The notes beneath the pieces were generated by a model, which was not told the DNA's origin, did not search any database, and saw only the letters and a program-made list of their open reading frames with translations. A stretch of DNA of 45,784 nucleotides, taken from Bacillota bacterium. GTDB lineage: Bacteria > Bacillota > Limnochordia > Darwinibacteriales > Darwinibacteriaceae. The stretch covers positions 1 through 45,784 of the forward strand of contig JAAYRS010000124.1 of the NCBI GenBank assembly GCA_012518645.1, read 5' to 3'. Shown one piece after another: positions 26,650 to 36,147 of the stretch (positions are counted from its first letter, which is position 1; the number at the start of each line of letters is the position of its first letter). Position numbers and translations under genes: made by a program.

Positions 26650-26726
26650 GGATTAGCCTGCCCTTAACAGAAGCATGACGACTTGGAGAAGGAGAGTTTC
26701 CTAATAAAAAAAGGAGAGTGACTTTG

Positions 26727-27899
26727 ATGAGCGGTTTCGTTAGGCGTCTGAGAAAACAATTATTTTTGGTGTTGTCGGCCGTTTTGATCTTAACCTGGTC
26801 TGCCTGGGCCCAGCCCCCTGTTAAAAATGTAATCATGATGATTGGGGATGGGATGGGTATAAACCACGTCACCGCGGCCAGAATTAGCTTAGAAGATGGG
26901 GCTTATTCCCAACTGAATATGGATACCCTTCCTTATACCGGGTTTTCGATCACTTTTTCTAATAACAACCTGGTCACGGATTCCGCTGCAGCTGCTACAG
27001 CCTTGGCCACGGGTTTTAGAACTGATAACAAGCGTTTGGGAACTTTACCAAACGGAGCCCCGGCAAAAAGCATCATGTTAAGGGCGAAAGAACAGGGACT
27101 GAGCACGGGGGTTGTAGCTACCGTTACTCTTACTGATGCCACACCCGCCGGTTATTTAGTCCAAGCCGATTCCAGGGCTTTTGAAAAGGATATTGCCCGA
27201 GCTATTTTGGCAGCTGAAGCGGATGTTTTGTTAGGGGGCGGCTTGGACATTTTCGGGGCAAATCCCTTTACTAAAGAACCGCGTCCCAACTCTCTGCTCA
27301 GTGAAGCTATGCAAATGGGTTATACGTATGTTTCCAGCCGGGAGGAACTTCTGGCTGTGGAGATCACCCCCGATCTTAAATTAATCGGACTGTTTATGGG
27401 GGAAAACATGAGTTTTGAGCTAACCCGGTTCTCCACTGAACCTACTCTAACGGAAATGACAAAGCGTGCTTTGGAATTGGTAGGCCAAAACCCAAAGGGC
27501 TTTTTCCTGATGGTGGAAGGCTCGCGGATTGACCATGCCGGCCATACCAACAGCATTCCGGAACTGATTGGCGATGTCCTTGCCTTTGATCAGGCAGTGG
27601 GGGCGGCCTTGGAGTATGCTCAAAACCATCCCGATACTCTTCTTATTGTTACCGCGGATCATGAAACGGGAGGGTTGGGGATTACCAGCGGTTTACCGGA
27701 TGGGGATCGGGTTAACTACGGATGGCTTTCCACCAACCATACCGCTGCTATGGTACCTGTTTACGCTTATGGGCCCGGTGCCCATCGTTTCACTGGCACT
27801 TTTCATTTGACTGAGATCCCCATACGGACAGCAGAATTAATGGGCATCTCTAACTTTCCTCAAATAATTGAGCAGAAGGCTGCCGAGGCAGCCCAGTAA
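26727..27899 (+). CDS. secreted alkaline phosphatase (PhoA family)
   Basis: Signal peptide LFLVLSAVLILTWSAWA. Active-site Ser context TDSAAAATALATG. Metal ligands VEGSRIDHAGH and VTADHETGG. Confidence 0.85.
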   Translation: MSGFVRRLRKQLFLVLSAVLILTWSAWAQPPVKNVIMMIGDGMGINHVTAARISLEDGAYSQLNMDTLPYTGFSITFSNNNLVTDSAAAATALATGFRTDNKRLGTLPNGAPAKSIMLRAKEQGLSTGVVATVTLTDATPAGYLVQADSRAFEKDIARAILAAEADVLLGGGLDIFGANPFTKEPRPNSLLSEAMQMGYTYVSSREELLAVEITPDLKLIGLFMGENMSFELTRFSTEPTLTEMTKRALELVGQNPKGFFLMVEGSRIDHAGHTNSIPELIGDVLAFDQAVGAALEYAQNHPDTLLIVTADHETGGLGITSGLPDGDRVNYGWLSTNHTAAMVPVYAYGPGAHRFTGTFHLTEIPIRTAELMGISNFPQIIEQKAAEAAQ

Positions 27900-27922
27900 A
27901 GAAGGGAGCGAAAGGGAAAACC

Positions 27923-29242
27923 ATGAGCCGAAATCAGTTTACTTGGTTAAGTTTAATTCTTGTTTTGCTGCTTTCCTTAAGTGCTGCCGCCCAGGGCGAG
28001 CTGGTTATTCTGCATACAAATGATTTGCATGGGCAATCTTTGGCCCAAATAGCGTCCTTGGTGGAAAAAGAAAGAACGCTTCACCCAGATCTTTTGTTGG
28101 TTGATGCCGGTGATTTATTTTCCGGAACCGCCGTTTCCTTCCTCTTTCAAGGCGAAGCTGAGCAAAAAGCGGTTTTGGCTTTGGGTTACGACGCCTTGGC
28201 CTTGGGTAACCATGATTTTGATTTTGGACGGGAAGTGCTGGAGGAATCCTTGGCCAAGGGTGTTCCCTGGCTTTCTGGGAATATTTTTTGCGCAGAGGGC
28301 TATTTTGCACCGCCTTTTTTGTTAAAAGAAATCAGCGGGGTTCGGATCCTGCTGGTTGGATTAACAACTGCGGCAACACCGGACATGACTTTGGCCCGCA
28401 ATGTGGAAGGACTTTATTTTTCGGATCCGCGGCAAGCTTTGGAAAGGATTTTGGCGGAAGAAGAGGGGAATTTCGATTTATGCATTGTCTTGTCCCACCT
28501 AGGTTATGGTGAGGACCTGGTTTTGGCTGCAGAAGTGCCTGGCCTTACCGCTATTATAGGGGGGCATACACATACTAAATTAGATCCGGCTCAGGTTGTC
28601 GGTGAGACGATTGTGGCTCAAACCGGATCTTCCGGCCAGTATTTAGGCAAAATAGTGATTAGTCTCGAAAAAGATTTTCCGGCTTCGGGGAAACTGCTTA
28701 GAGTTGAGGCTTCAACTCCCCGCCATCCAAAAATAGTGAAAATTGACGAGCATTTCGCCCGGCTGGCGGAAGAGGAAATGGGCCAAGTGGTGGGCTATGC
28801 CCGCCGCGACTATGTGCAGCGGGGTCTGGGGCATCTCTTAACAGCCGCTCTTGTCGACTTTAGCGGGGCGGACGCCGCCTTGTACAACAGCGGGGGAGTG
28901 CGGGCCGGCCTAAAGGCGGGGCCGGTGACCAAAGCGGATATCTTGGCAGTAGAACCGTTTGATAACCAAGCAGTGGTGGCAACTATTCCCGGCGAGACTT
29001 TTGCTGAATTGCTGAAATTGCGTTCCCAACGCAGGAATGACTTTTTTAGCGGCCCCAAAGTAGTTGACCTGGATCGTGAATACACTGTCGCCACTAGCAA
29101 TTTTCTTATCGAAAACAGCAGCTATGCCCCTTTGCTCAGCAGTGGCCAGATAAATTACCTCGGGCTGCCTGTCCGACAGGTTCTAGAATACTATCTGCGG
29201 GATACTGTCTTAGAGCGGGAACGGGCTGTTAGTTCTTTTTAG
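27923..29242 (+). CDS. secreted bifunctional metallophosphatase / 5'-nucleotidase
   Basis: Signal peptide. Calcineurin-like motifs ILHTNDLHG, DAGD, GNHDFDFG, GGHTHT. C-terminal 5'-nucleotidase substrate-binding domain. Confidence 0.8.
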   Translation: MSRNQFTWLSLILVLLLSLSAAAQGELVILHTNDLHGQSLAQIASLVEKERTLHPDLLLVDAGDLFSGTAVSFLFQGEAEQKAVLALGYDALALGNHDFDFGREVLEESLAKGVPWLSGNIFCAEGYFAPPFLLKEISGVRILLVGLTTAATPDMTLARNVEGLYFSDPRQALERILAEEEGNFDLCIVLSHLGYGEDLVLAAEVPGLTAIIGGHTHTKLDPAQVVGETIVAQTGSSGQYLGKIVISLEKDFPASGKLLRVEASTPRHPKIVKIDEHFARLAEEEMGQVVGYARRDYVQRGLGHLLTAALVDFSGADAALYNSGGVRAGLKAGPVTKADILAVEPFDNQAVVATIPGETFAELLKLRSQRRNDFFSGPKVVDLDREYTVATSNFLIENSSYAPLLSSGQINYLGLPVRQVLEYYLRDTVLERERAVSSF

Positions 29243-29410
29243 TGCTGTTTTTCGTGGGAAAGAGGGGCCGGATGGGGAGAATTAAAGATTTTTTTTAAAA
29301 ACTCCCTAAGAGAAAGGATTTGAAACCAAGATGTAGAAGGTTTTAAAGGACACTAAAGCAAATTCCTAAGGAAAGGCAGGCAATGGCCTTATTAAGGGGG
29401 ACAATTTACG

Positions 29411-30385
29411 GTGCTTAAGATTCCTTTGGAAATGAAAAGCAAGAGGTACTGGTACGAGACTCTAGAAGCATACTGTTACTTACTTCCGGCTTTTGTAATT
29501 TTGGGCATGTTTAATTTCTATCCCGTGCTAAAATCAATTTACATGAGCCTTTTTGATTGGAGCCTGCTGCGGCAACAGCAATATTTTATTGGAGTGGAAA
29601 ACTATCAACGAATCCTCAGCGATAAAGTTTTTCACCAGGCGATTCGAAACACTGTGAGCTACGTCGTTGGCTATGTTCCTTTTTCCATTGGGCTTGCCCT
29701 AATTGTGGCGGTCTTGCTTAATTCCAAAATAAGGTTCCGGGGCACTCTGCGGCTGGCCTACTTTCTGCCGTGGGTAACCTCCTCCGTGGCCATCTCCATG
29801 GTTTGGCGCTGGATTTTCAACCAACACTATGGGCTTTTAAACATGATTTTGGCTAACTTATCCAAACATGTCAATTCCTTCGTTAATTTGATCTCTTTGG
29901 GAAACATCACTACTGTTTGGCACTTTAATAATCCAAATTGGCTTATGGATCCAAAGTGGACTATAATTAACTTGACAATTATTGGGGTTTGGAAAAGCAT
30001 GGGCTATAACGTTGTTATCTTTTTAGCCGGTTTGCAAAACGTTCCCCACGAATTATATGAGGCAGCAGAGGTGGACGGAGCTAGCCGCTGGCAAAGCTTT
30101 TGGAAGATTACCCTACCCCTTATTTCTCCTACTACCTTTTTTATCTCAATTATCTCCATCATCGGGGCTTTCAAGCTTTTTACTCAAATCTACGTACTTT
30201 ATACGGGCCGGCCCGGTCCCTTAAACAGCGGCATGACCATTGTTTATTATGTTTATCGTAAAGCTTTTGAACAGTATCATATGGGTTATGCTTCCGCCGC
30301 TGCTTACGTCCTCTTCGGAATAATCTTTATCTTTACTTTGATTCAGATGGCTGTTGCCAGACGCAGAGTACACTACGCATCCTAA
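29411..30385 (+). CDS. ABC transporter permease (carbohydrate / glycerol-3-phosphate UgpA-like, MalF type)
   Basis: Polytopic membrane protein with EAA loop YEAAEVDGASRWQSFWKITLPL. GTG start (ATG 29432 is the alternative). Confidence 0.8.
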   Translation: MLKIPLEMKSKRYWYETLEAYCYLLPAFVILGMFNFYPVLKSIYMSLFDWSLLRQQQYFIGVENYQRILSDKVFHQAIRNTVSYVVGYVPFSIGLALIVAVLLNSKIRFRGTLRLAYFLPWVTSSVAISMVWRWIFNQHYGLLNMILANLSKHVNSFVNLISLGNITTVWHFNNPNWLMDPKWTIINLTIIGVWKSMGYNVVIFLAGLQNVPHELYEAAEVDGASRWQSFWKITLPLISPTTFFISIISIIGAFKLFTQIYVLYTGRPGPLNSGMTIVYYVYRKAFEQYHMGYASAAAYVLFGIIFIFTLIQMAVARRRVHYAS

Positions 30386-30396
30386 GGAGGACGAAA

Positions 30397-31251
30397 ATGC
30401 TCTCCAAACATCTACATTGGCGATATCGCTTTCGTAAGCATTTGCAAAGGGGTCTTTTGTATTTTATTCTTTTTGCCGGGGCAGCCATAATGATTTTACC
30501 GTTCTTTTGGATGATCACCAGTTCGCTAAAAGCCGCGGATGAAATAACCCTACGCACAATTCAATGGTTTCCGAAGATACCGCAATGGGAGAACTATAAA
30601 ATTGCTTGGGAAGCGGCTCCGTTTGGAACCTATTTCCAAAACAGTTTTACCATTGCTTTGGCCGTCACTTTTATTGAAGTCGTGTTTAGTTCCCTAGCGG
30701 CATACGCCTTCGCAAATTTTAATTTTTTCGGTAAAAACTTCCTGTTTATACTTTTTTTGGGGACGATGATGATCCCCGGTGAAGTTATGCTCATCCCCAA
30801 TTATATTACTATGGTTAACTTCGGCTGGGTGGATACCTACCAAGCTTTAATTATCCCCTGGACGGTAAGTGTTTTCAGTATCTTTTTGTTGCGCCAGTTT
30901 TTTATGAGTATACCCCGCGACTTGTTTGAAGCGGCTCTTTTAGACGGTTGCAGCAAATTCCGCTACTTACTTACGGTTTTACTGCCCTTATCAAAACCAG
31001 CGTTGGTTACTGTGATGTTATTTAAATTTATTGGGAGTTGGAATTCCTTCTTGTGGGTGTTGATTTTGACGAACACCCCGAAAATGAGGACAATCCCGGT
31101 GGGCCTGACCTATTTTATCAGCGATGTGGGGGCTTACTACAACTATCTAATGGCAGCTTCCACTTTTGCTATGGCGCCAATTTTGGTTTTGTTTCTAGTC
31201 CTTCAAAAACAATTTATTCAAGGCATTGCCCATACCGGGCTTAAAGGTTAG
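30397..31251 (+). CDS. ABC transporter permease (UgpE/MalG type)
   Basis: EAA loop FEAALLDGCSKFRYLLTVLLPL. AAGGAGGA SD. Confidence 0.8.
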   Translation: MLSKHLHWRYRFRKHLQRGLLYFILFAGAAIMILPFFWMITSSLKAADEITLRTIQWFPKIPQWENYKIAWEAAPFGTYFQNSFTIALAVTFIEVVFSSLAAYAFANFNFFGKNFLFILFLGTMMIPGEVMLIPNYITMVNFGWVDTYQALIIPWTVSVFSIFLLRQFFMSIPRDLFEAALLDGCSKFRYLLTVLLPLSKPALVTVMLFKFIGSWNSFLWVLILTNTPKMRTIPVGLTYFISDVGAYYNYLMAASTFAMAPILVLFLVLQKQFIQGIAHTGLKG

Positions 31252-31314
31252 GAGGTGAAAATGGACACTGAGCTGAACGCTGTGTAATTAAATAATATAA
31301 AGGAGAGTGTCAGC

Positions 31315-32553
31315 GTGAATTTAAAGAGATTAATTGTGTTAACTCTAGTGCTTTGCGTTGTTGCCGGCGGTACCTCATTCGCTAAGACGAAAATCACTTT
31401 CTGGCATGCCATGAGCGGTGATTTAGGGGAAGCTATTGATTATCTGACTGAACAATTCAATGCTGAAAACCCCGAGATCGAAGTGGAGTCCATCTATCAG
31501 GGCCGCTACAGCGATCTTAACACTAAAATTGTAGCTTCTGTTTCAGCTCAAGTTACCCCAACTCTGGCCCAAGTTTATGAAAACTGGACAGATGCCTATA
31601 TCCGGAATGGCCTTTTGGTCCCCATGGAAGATTATATGGATTTAACTGAAGAAGAATTCAACGATTATACAGAAGTTTACCGCAGTATGAACACCTGGGA
31701 AGATAAGCTGTATACCATTCCGCTTAACAAGAGTAATTGGATTTTGCACTATAACACGGAATTGGTTCCGGAGCCTCCCCGAACGGTAGAAGAGTTCTTG
31801 CAGATTTCCCGGGAAGTAACAGAAAAGACGGGCGGCGAAACCAAAGGCTTTGGTATGCGGCCCACCCTGGAGCTTTTCCACGCCTTCTTATATCTCAACG
31901 GCGCTGATTTTTTGGATGACGATTTAAATGTCACCTTTAACGGCCCGGAAGGTGTTGCTGCTTTGAAACTGATGCTGGAGATGATCGAAGACGATTCAGC
32001 ACTTCTCATTGACGGCTATGAAAATGAGGCCTTCGGGGATCGCATGATCGCTATGTATATTGGTTCTTCGGCAGGTATGCCTCACGTTGTAGGTTCTGTT
32101 GGCGACAAATTCGAATTTAGGACGGCATCGCTGCCAACAGGCGTAAGGCCCGGGGCCCCCTTTATGGGCACTAACGTAGCCTTGTTTAAAGCCGCTAGCG
32201 AAGAAGAAAGAAAAGCTGCCGGCAAATTTATGCGCTTTATGACGAACACTGAAAATACAGTTTATTTTGCAATTAAAACCGGGTACCTTCCTGTCACCTA
32301 TTCGGGGCTGGAGTCAGCTGAATATCAGCAATTTATTGCTGATAATCCGCATTTAGCTGCAATTGCAGATGAAGAGGCCTTGGCCCACGGCTACTGGCAG
32401 CCAAGAATCGGTGCTTGGGAACAGGCCAGAGGCGCCATTTACGAAGCAGTAGAAAAAGTCTTTTTGGGCGTCAGCACTGTGCAAGAAGCATTAGACGAAG
32501 CGGCTTTTGAAGTGGAAGAAGCCATAGAGGAAATGTTAACTCAGCGTTATTAG
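31315..32553 (+). CDS. ABC transporter extracellular solute-binding protein (family 1, UgpB/sugar type)
   Basis: Signal peptide, then KITFWHAMSG...L...FN..NP.I.V, typical of family-1 SBPs. GTG start after AAGGAGAG. Confidence 0.8.
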   Translation: MNLKRLIVLTLVLCVVAGGTSFAKTKITFWHAMSGDLGEAIDYLTEQFNAENPEIEVESIYQGRYSDLNTKIVASVSAQVTPTLAQVYENWTDAYIRNGLLVPMEDYMDLTEEEFNDYTEVYRSMNTWEDKLYTIPLNKSNWILHYNTELVPEPPRTVEEFLQISREVTEKTGGETKGFGMRPTLELFHAFLYLNGADFLDDDLNVTFNGPEGVAALKLMLEMIEDDSALLIDGYENEAFGDRMIAMYIGSSAGMPHVVGSVGDKFEFRTASLPTGVRPGAPFMGTNVALFKAASEEERKAAGKFMRFMTNTENTVYFAIKTGYLPVTYSGLESAEYQQFIADNPHLAAIADEEALAHGYWQPRIGAWEQARGAIYEAVEKVFLGVSTVQEALDEAAFEVEEAIEEMLTQRY

Positions 32554-32575
32554 GGTATTTTACCCAAAAGAAAAA

Positions 32576-32606
32576 CGGCGGGCCCCATCCTGGGCCCGCT
32601 CTTTGT
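32576..32606 (+). terminator. intrinsic terminator after the ABC operon
   Basis: GCGGGCCC, loop catcct, GGGCCCGC followed by TCTTTGT. Confidence 0.6.
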
Positions 32607-32625
32607 ATGCTCGGCATGTTGTCTA

Positions 32626-33265
32626 CCGCGCCCATGTGTTGCAAGAAACCCTATGGCCTAACCAGCGGGAAAGAAACCTACAGGCAAGGGCGTACCGGCA
32701 ACAGTAGGCCTGAAGGAAGCCGCCGGGGTATCTTAGAACATAGCGAAAGCGAACCGGAGACGGGAAAGCCCAAAAACTGGATAACTCCAGAAGCTGAGAC
32801 GGATGGATTCAAGATAAGGCAAATGGACTTAGCCGGGGAAGTCCCCGATGTCTCGCGGGAAGAAGCGTAAGCAAAGCCCAAGCGGAAACACAAAACTAAG
32901 CGAAGCATTGGAGATTGCAAATGATTCCGTAGTAGTGATGAACCCTAAGCCTGCGAACCTTGGTAACAGGCGGTGCGAAGGGGTGAAGAAGAATCGAAGT
33001 GGACAAAGACTAACAGAATGATCATTAGAGGAACATAACAGACGTTGAAATGCGCACAAGGTACGCTATGGCGGCGGTGACGGGCTTAACTGCAGTAGCC
33101 GGCTGCTCAGCAAAGCAGCGGGCAAGCTGAAGGTAAGATTGCCTTGGAGCCAGAGACGCCCTTAAGGGTCAGCGAAGAAATTGCACTGATGCAAAGACGG
33201 AAAAGTTGAAGTTCAACGAAATTGGAGGTTCAGGCATGCGTAAATGGTACAGCTTAATAGACAAA
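32626..33265 (+). mobile_element. 5' fragment of a bacterial group II intron (domains I-III and the start of the domain IV ORF), truncated
   Basis: About 610 nt of ORF-less, purine-rich sequence begins ccGCGCCC (compare the GUGCGCCC 5' ends of bacterial introns). It ends in an SD (GGAGG) and ATG 33236 encoding MRKWYSLIDK, the characteristic N-terminus of group II intron reverse transcriptases. The RT frame is lost after codon 10, and no domain V/VI is found downstream. Confidence 0.5.
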
Positions 33266-34005
33266 GGAGAGACCGTGAAGGATTTTGCCATGGAACTCGA
33301 AAAAAGCCGGCCGTTATTCATGACGAACTAAAAACCGGCAGGTACAAACCTGAACCCGTCAAGAGGGCGCAAATTGAAGCAGTTTCTCAGGCGGCGGCTC
33401 TTAAAGAACCTGATTTAAAGATAAGAAAAGGTCCTGCGTTAGCGGAACACATAGAATTCAAGATTGTCGGGAAAACTCACCGGATGCTGTTATCATGGAG
33501 ATAGCTAGAGGCAAATACGAATTTAATACATCCATTTGCACCCGTACACTCTACAATTACAGAAATGCCGGCGCTATTGCTAATCTAACAAACAAGAATT
33601 TGCCCCGGGAAGGTAGAGTCCCGAGAAGGAGTTAAAGAGGGTTAGGAAGGCCAAGCACAAAAGGATTAGCGAAAGGCCAAAAACGGCGGATGAGCGCCTT
33701 GAGTACGGTCACTGGGAGATGGATTGCATCGAATCCGGTACGCAGCTGTCTGTTGGTGATGGTGGAATGAATGGCCCGGGAAACGATTATCCATCGCAGA
33801 CAAAAATGGAAGTTAAAAAAAGGCTGGATCGCCCCGAACGATCAATGAGGCGGAAACGCTTTACTAAGAAATTCAGAAGTATAACTGTTGGCAGCGAGTT
33901 TTTGGGGTGGAAAAGCTTGTCTAGAGTTGAATAGTTATCCCCGGAGAATATTCAACGGATAATCAGGGCGCGGCCTATTGGAAGAACCAGAATTAGCTGC
34001 TTAAG
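33266..34005 (+). pseudogene. IS30-family transposase remnant (multiple frameshifts and stops, catalytic core deleted)
   Basis: Pieces lie in different frames: GETVKDFAMELEK / PAVIHDELKTGRY (HTH); SPDAVIMEIARGKYEFNTSICTRTLYNYRNAGAI.NLTNKNLPR; RISERPKTADERLEYGHWEMDCIESG (IS30 signature I.eRP....R...GHWE.D); ITVGSEF (compare ITxDNGSEF); YPRRIFNG (compare N..PRk.Lg near the C-terminus). Confidence 0.7.
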
Positions 34006-34080
34006 TTACCGGATTTACCTTCATTGTGCAAGAGAGAACCGTTTTGCATTTCCCACCCACTGTAAAATTTCAAAAAAACC

Positions 34081-34109
34081 TTGACAAAAGTTTAGAGTCT
34101 GGCTATACT
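34081..34109 (+). promoter_or_regulatory. sigma-A promoter of ylxM-ffh
   Basis: TTGACA (34081-34086), 17-nt spacer, TATACT (34104-34109), with an A-tract just upstream. Confidence 0.6.
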
Positions 34110-34147
34110 TAGACCTGTCAAGTGCTAATGGTTAACAGGAGTTAAAA

Positions 34148-34498
34148 ATGGACAAAACCATACGTATGAGCTTACTTTTTGACTTTTATGGGCCCTTATT
34201 GACAGATCGCCAGCGGGATATTTTTCAAATGTATTTTCACGAGGACTTATCGCTGGCAGAAATAGGGAAGGCCCTGGATGTTTCAAGACAAGCCGTGTAC
34301 GATATCTTAAAAAGATCAGGCCTAATTATGGAAGAGTATGAGGGAAAACTAAGCTTGCTGCTTAAACACCAAAAACAGCAGGAATTTTACCGGATAGTCC
34401 TAGCATCAATCCAAGACCTTCGCTCTCGGGGTGAAGGTTTCTTAGAGTGTTTAAATGAACTGGAAAGCAAGATTTTGGAAGCCGAATCCGGCAGTTAG
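34148..34498 (+). CDS. ylxM: YlxM/UPF0122 putative DNA-binding protein (sigma region-4-like HTH)
   Basis: LLTDRQRDIFQMYFHEDLSLAEIGKALDVSRQAVYD. Invariant position upstream of ffh. Confidence 0.85.
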   Translation: MDKTIRMSLLFDFYGPLLTDRQRDIFQMYFHEDLSLAEIGKALDVSRQAVYDILKRSGLIMEEYEGKLSLLLKHQKQQEFYRIVLASIQDLRSRGEGFLECLNELESKILEAESGS

Positions 34499-34508
34499 GA
34501 GAGATTTT

Positions 34509-35846
34509 ATGCCTTTTCAAAATTTATCCTCTCGTTTGCAGGGTGTTTTGCATAGATTGCGCGGCAAAGGCCGCCTAAACGAAAAAGATGTTGATGAATC
34601 ACTCCGTGAAATTCGACTCGCCTTGTTGGAGGCGGACGTTAATTTTAAAGTCGTCCGTGACTTTATTGCTCAGATTAGGGAAAGGGCAGTAGGCCACGAA
34701 GTGTTGGGCAGTCTTACCCCTGGGCAGCAGGTTATCCGTATTGTAAACGAAGAACTGACCGAATTGATGGGGGGGACCCAAGCCAAGCTAAGCTTAGCTT
34801 CGCAGCCGCCCACTGTGGTTATGATTGTGGGATTACAAGGTTCAGGTAAAACCACTACCGCGGCTAAACTGGCCAACCTCTTTAGAGGCCGAGGCCATCG
34901 GCCCTTATTGGTTGCTGCTGATGTGTACCGGCCCGCGGCGATCAAACAATTAAAAGTCTTGGGCGAACAAATAGAAGTTCCTGTCTTTAGCATGGGAGAG
35001 GCTAATCCTGTCGATATTGCTAAAGGAGCTTTAAGCCATGCCCGAAATAACAATAATGATTTGATTTTAATTGATACTGCCGGCCGTTTGCACATTGATC
35101 AGGGTTTGATGTCGGAATTAGTGCAAATCAAAGAAACGGCCCAAGTCCATGAAATCCTTTTGGTCGTAGATGCCATGACCGGCCAAGATGCGGTAAACGT
35201 AGCTCAAACCTTTAATCAGGAATTGGATTTAGGCGGCCTGGTTTTAACAAAGCTGGATGGCGACGCCCGGGGGGGTGCTGCTCTTTCCGTTAAGGCGGTT
35301 ACGGGCAAACCTATTAAATTCGTGGGTGTCAGCGAAAAAATTGACGGAATAGAATCTTTTCACCCCGATCGGATGGCATCCCGGATCTTAGGCATGGGTG
35401 ATATGCTCACTTTAATTGAAAAAGCGGTGGCTGCAGTTGATGAGGAAAAGGCAGAAAAGATGGCGGCAAAGCTGCAGGAAGCCGAATTTACATTAGAAGA
35501 CTTTCAGGACCAGCTGGAACAGATGAAACAAATGGGGCCCTTGGATCAAATTATGAATCTTCTTCCGGGGATTGGCAATATCAAACATTTGAAAGGCTTG
35601 GAAGTAGATGATTCCCATCTTAAGAAGATCGAGGCTATCATTGCCTCCATGACCCCGGAAGAACGCCGCCGGCCCCAAATAATCAAAGGTTCTCGCCGAA
35701 GACGAATCGCTTTAGGCTCAGGAACCAGGGTCCAGGATGTGAACCGCCTGTTGAAACAGTATAATCAAACCAGGCAGATGCTTAAACAATTTATGGGCCC
35801 CCAAAAAAGACAGAAAAAAAAGGGCATGTTTCCCTTTTTTCAATAA
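34509..35846 (+). CDS. ffh: signal recognition particle protein Ffh
   Basis: ATG 34509 after a TAGGAGAG SD gives the canonical MPFQNLSSRLQ N-terminus. Motifs GLQGSGKTTTAAKLA, DTAGRL, TKLDGDARGG, and a Met-rich M domain. Confidence 0.95.
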   Translation: MPFQNLSSRLQGVLHRLRGKGRLNEKDVDESLREIRLALLEADVNFKVVRDFIAQIRERAVGHEVLGSLTPGQQVIRIVNEELTELMGGTQAKLSLASQPPTVVMIVGLQGSGKTTTAAKLANLFRGRGHRPLLVAADVYRPAAIKQLKVLGEQIEVPVFSMGEANPVDIAKGALSHARNNNNDLILIDTAGRLHIDQGLMSELVQIKETAQVHEILLVVDAMTGQDAVNVAQTFNQELDLGGLVLTKLDGDARGGAALSVKAVTGKPIKFVGVSEKIDGIESFHPDRMASRILGMGDMLTLIEKAVAAVDEEKAEKMAAKLQEAEFTLEDFQDQLEQMKQMGPLDQIMNLLPGIGNIKHLKGLEVDDSHLKKIEAIIASMTPEERRRPQIIKGSRRRRIALGSGTRVQDVNRLLKQYNQTRQMLKQFMGPQKRQKKKGMFPFFQ

Positions 35847-35863
35847 GTAGGAGGTGAAAGTAC

Positions 35864-36136
35864 TTGGCAGTAAGGATTCGTTTAAAGAGAATGGGTGCCA
35901 AAAAAAGGCCGTTTTTCCGTTTAGTAGTTGCAGATTCTCGAGCGGCCCGCGATGGCAGCTTTATTGACACTTTAGGCTATTACAACCCAATTTCGGAACC
36001 TGTGGAGTTAAATATCGACGAAGCGAAAGCTTTGGATTGGCTTCGAAAAGGAGCCCAACCATCTGATACAGCGAAATCGCTTTTGAAACGCTGCGGCGTT
36101 ATGGAGAAGTTTGCTGCATCCCGCAAAGAAGGGTAG
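35864..36136 (+). CDS. rpsP: 30S ribosomal protein S16
   Basis: (M)[28 protein letters not shown] start after AGGAGGTGA. Confidence 0.95.
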   Translation: MAVRIRLKRMGAKKRPFFRLVVADSRAARDGSFIDTLGYYNPISEPVELNIDEAKALDWLRKGAQPSDTAKSLLKRCGVMEKFAASRKEG

Positions 36137-36147
36137 GGAGGGTTGAC

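Noticed and set aside
31251-31287. 8-codon mini-ORF (MDTELNAV) with a strong SD (AGGAGGTGAAA ATG) between the second permease and the binding-protein gene.
   Set aside because: It is too short to evaluate. The SD may simply be a fortuitous or re-initiation signal. Noted but not called as a gene.
32607-33934. Five 71-87 aa ORFs on both strands (32607-32870, 32678-32920, 32829-33059, 33244-33504, 33719-33934).
   Set aside because: The first three fall in the ORF-less intron RNA region and have no SD or domain. The last two are broken frames of the IS30 remnant, so they are annotated as a pseudogene rather than as genes.
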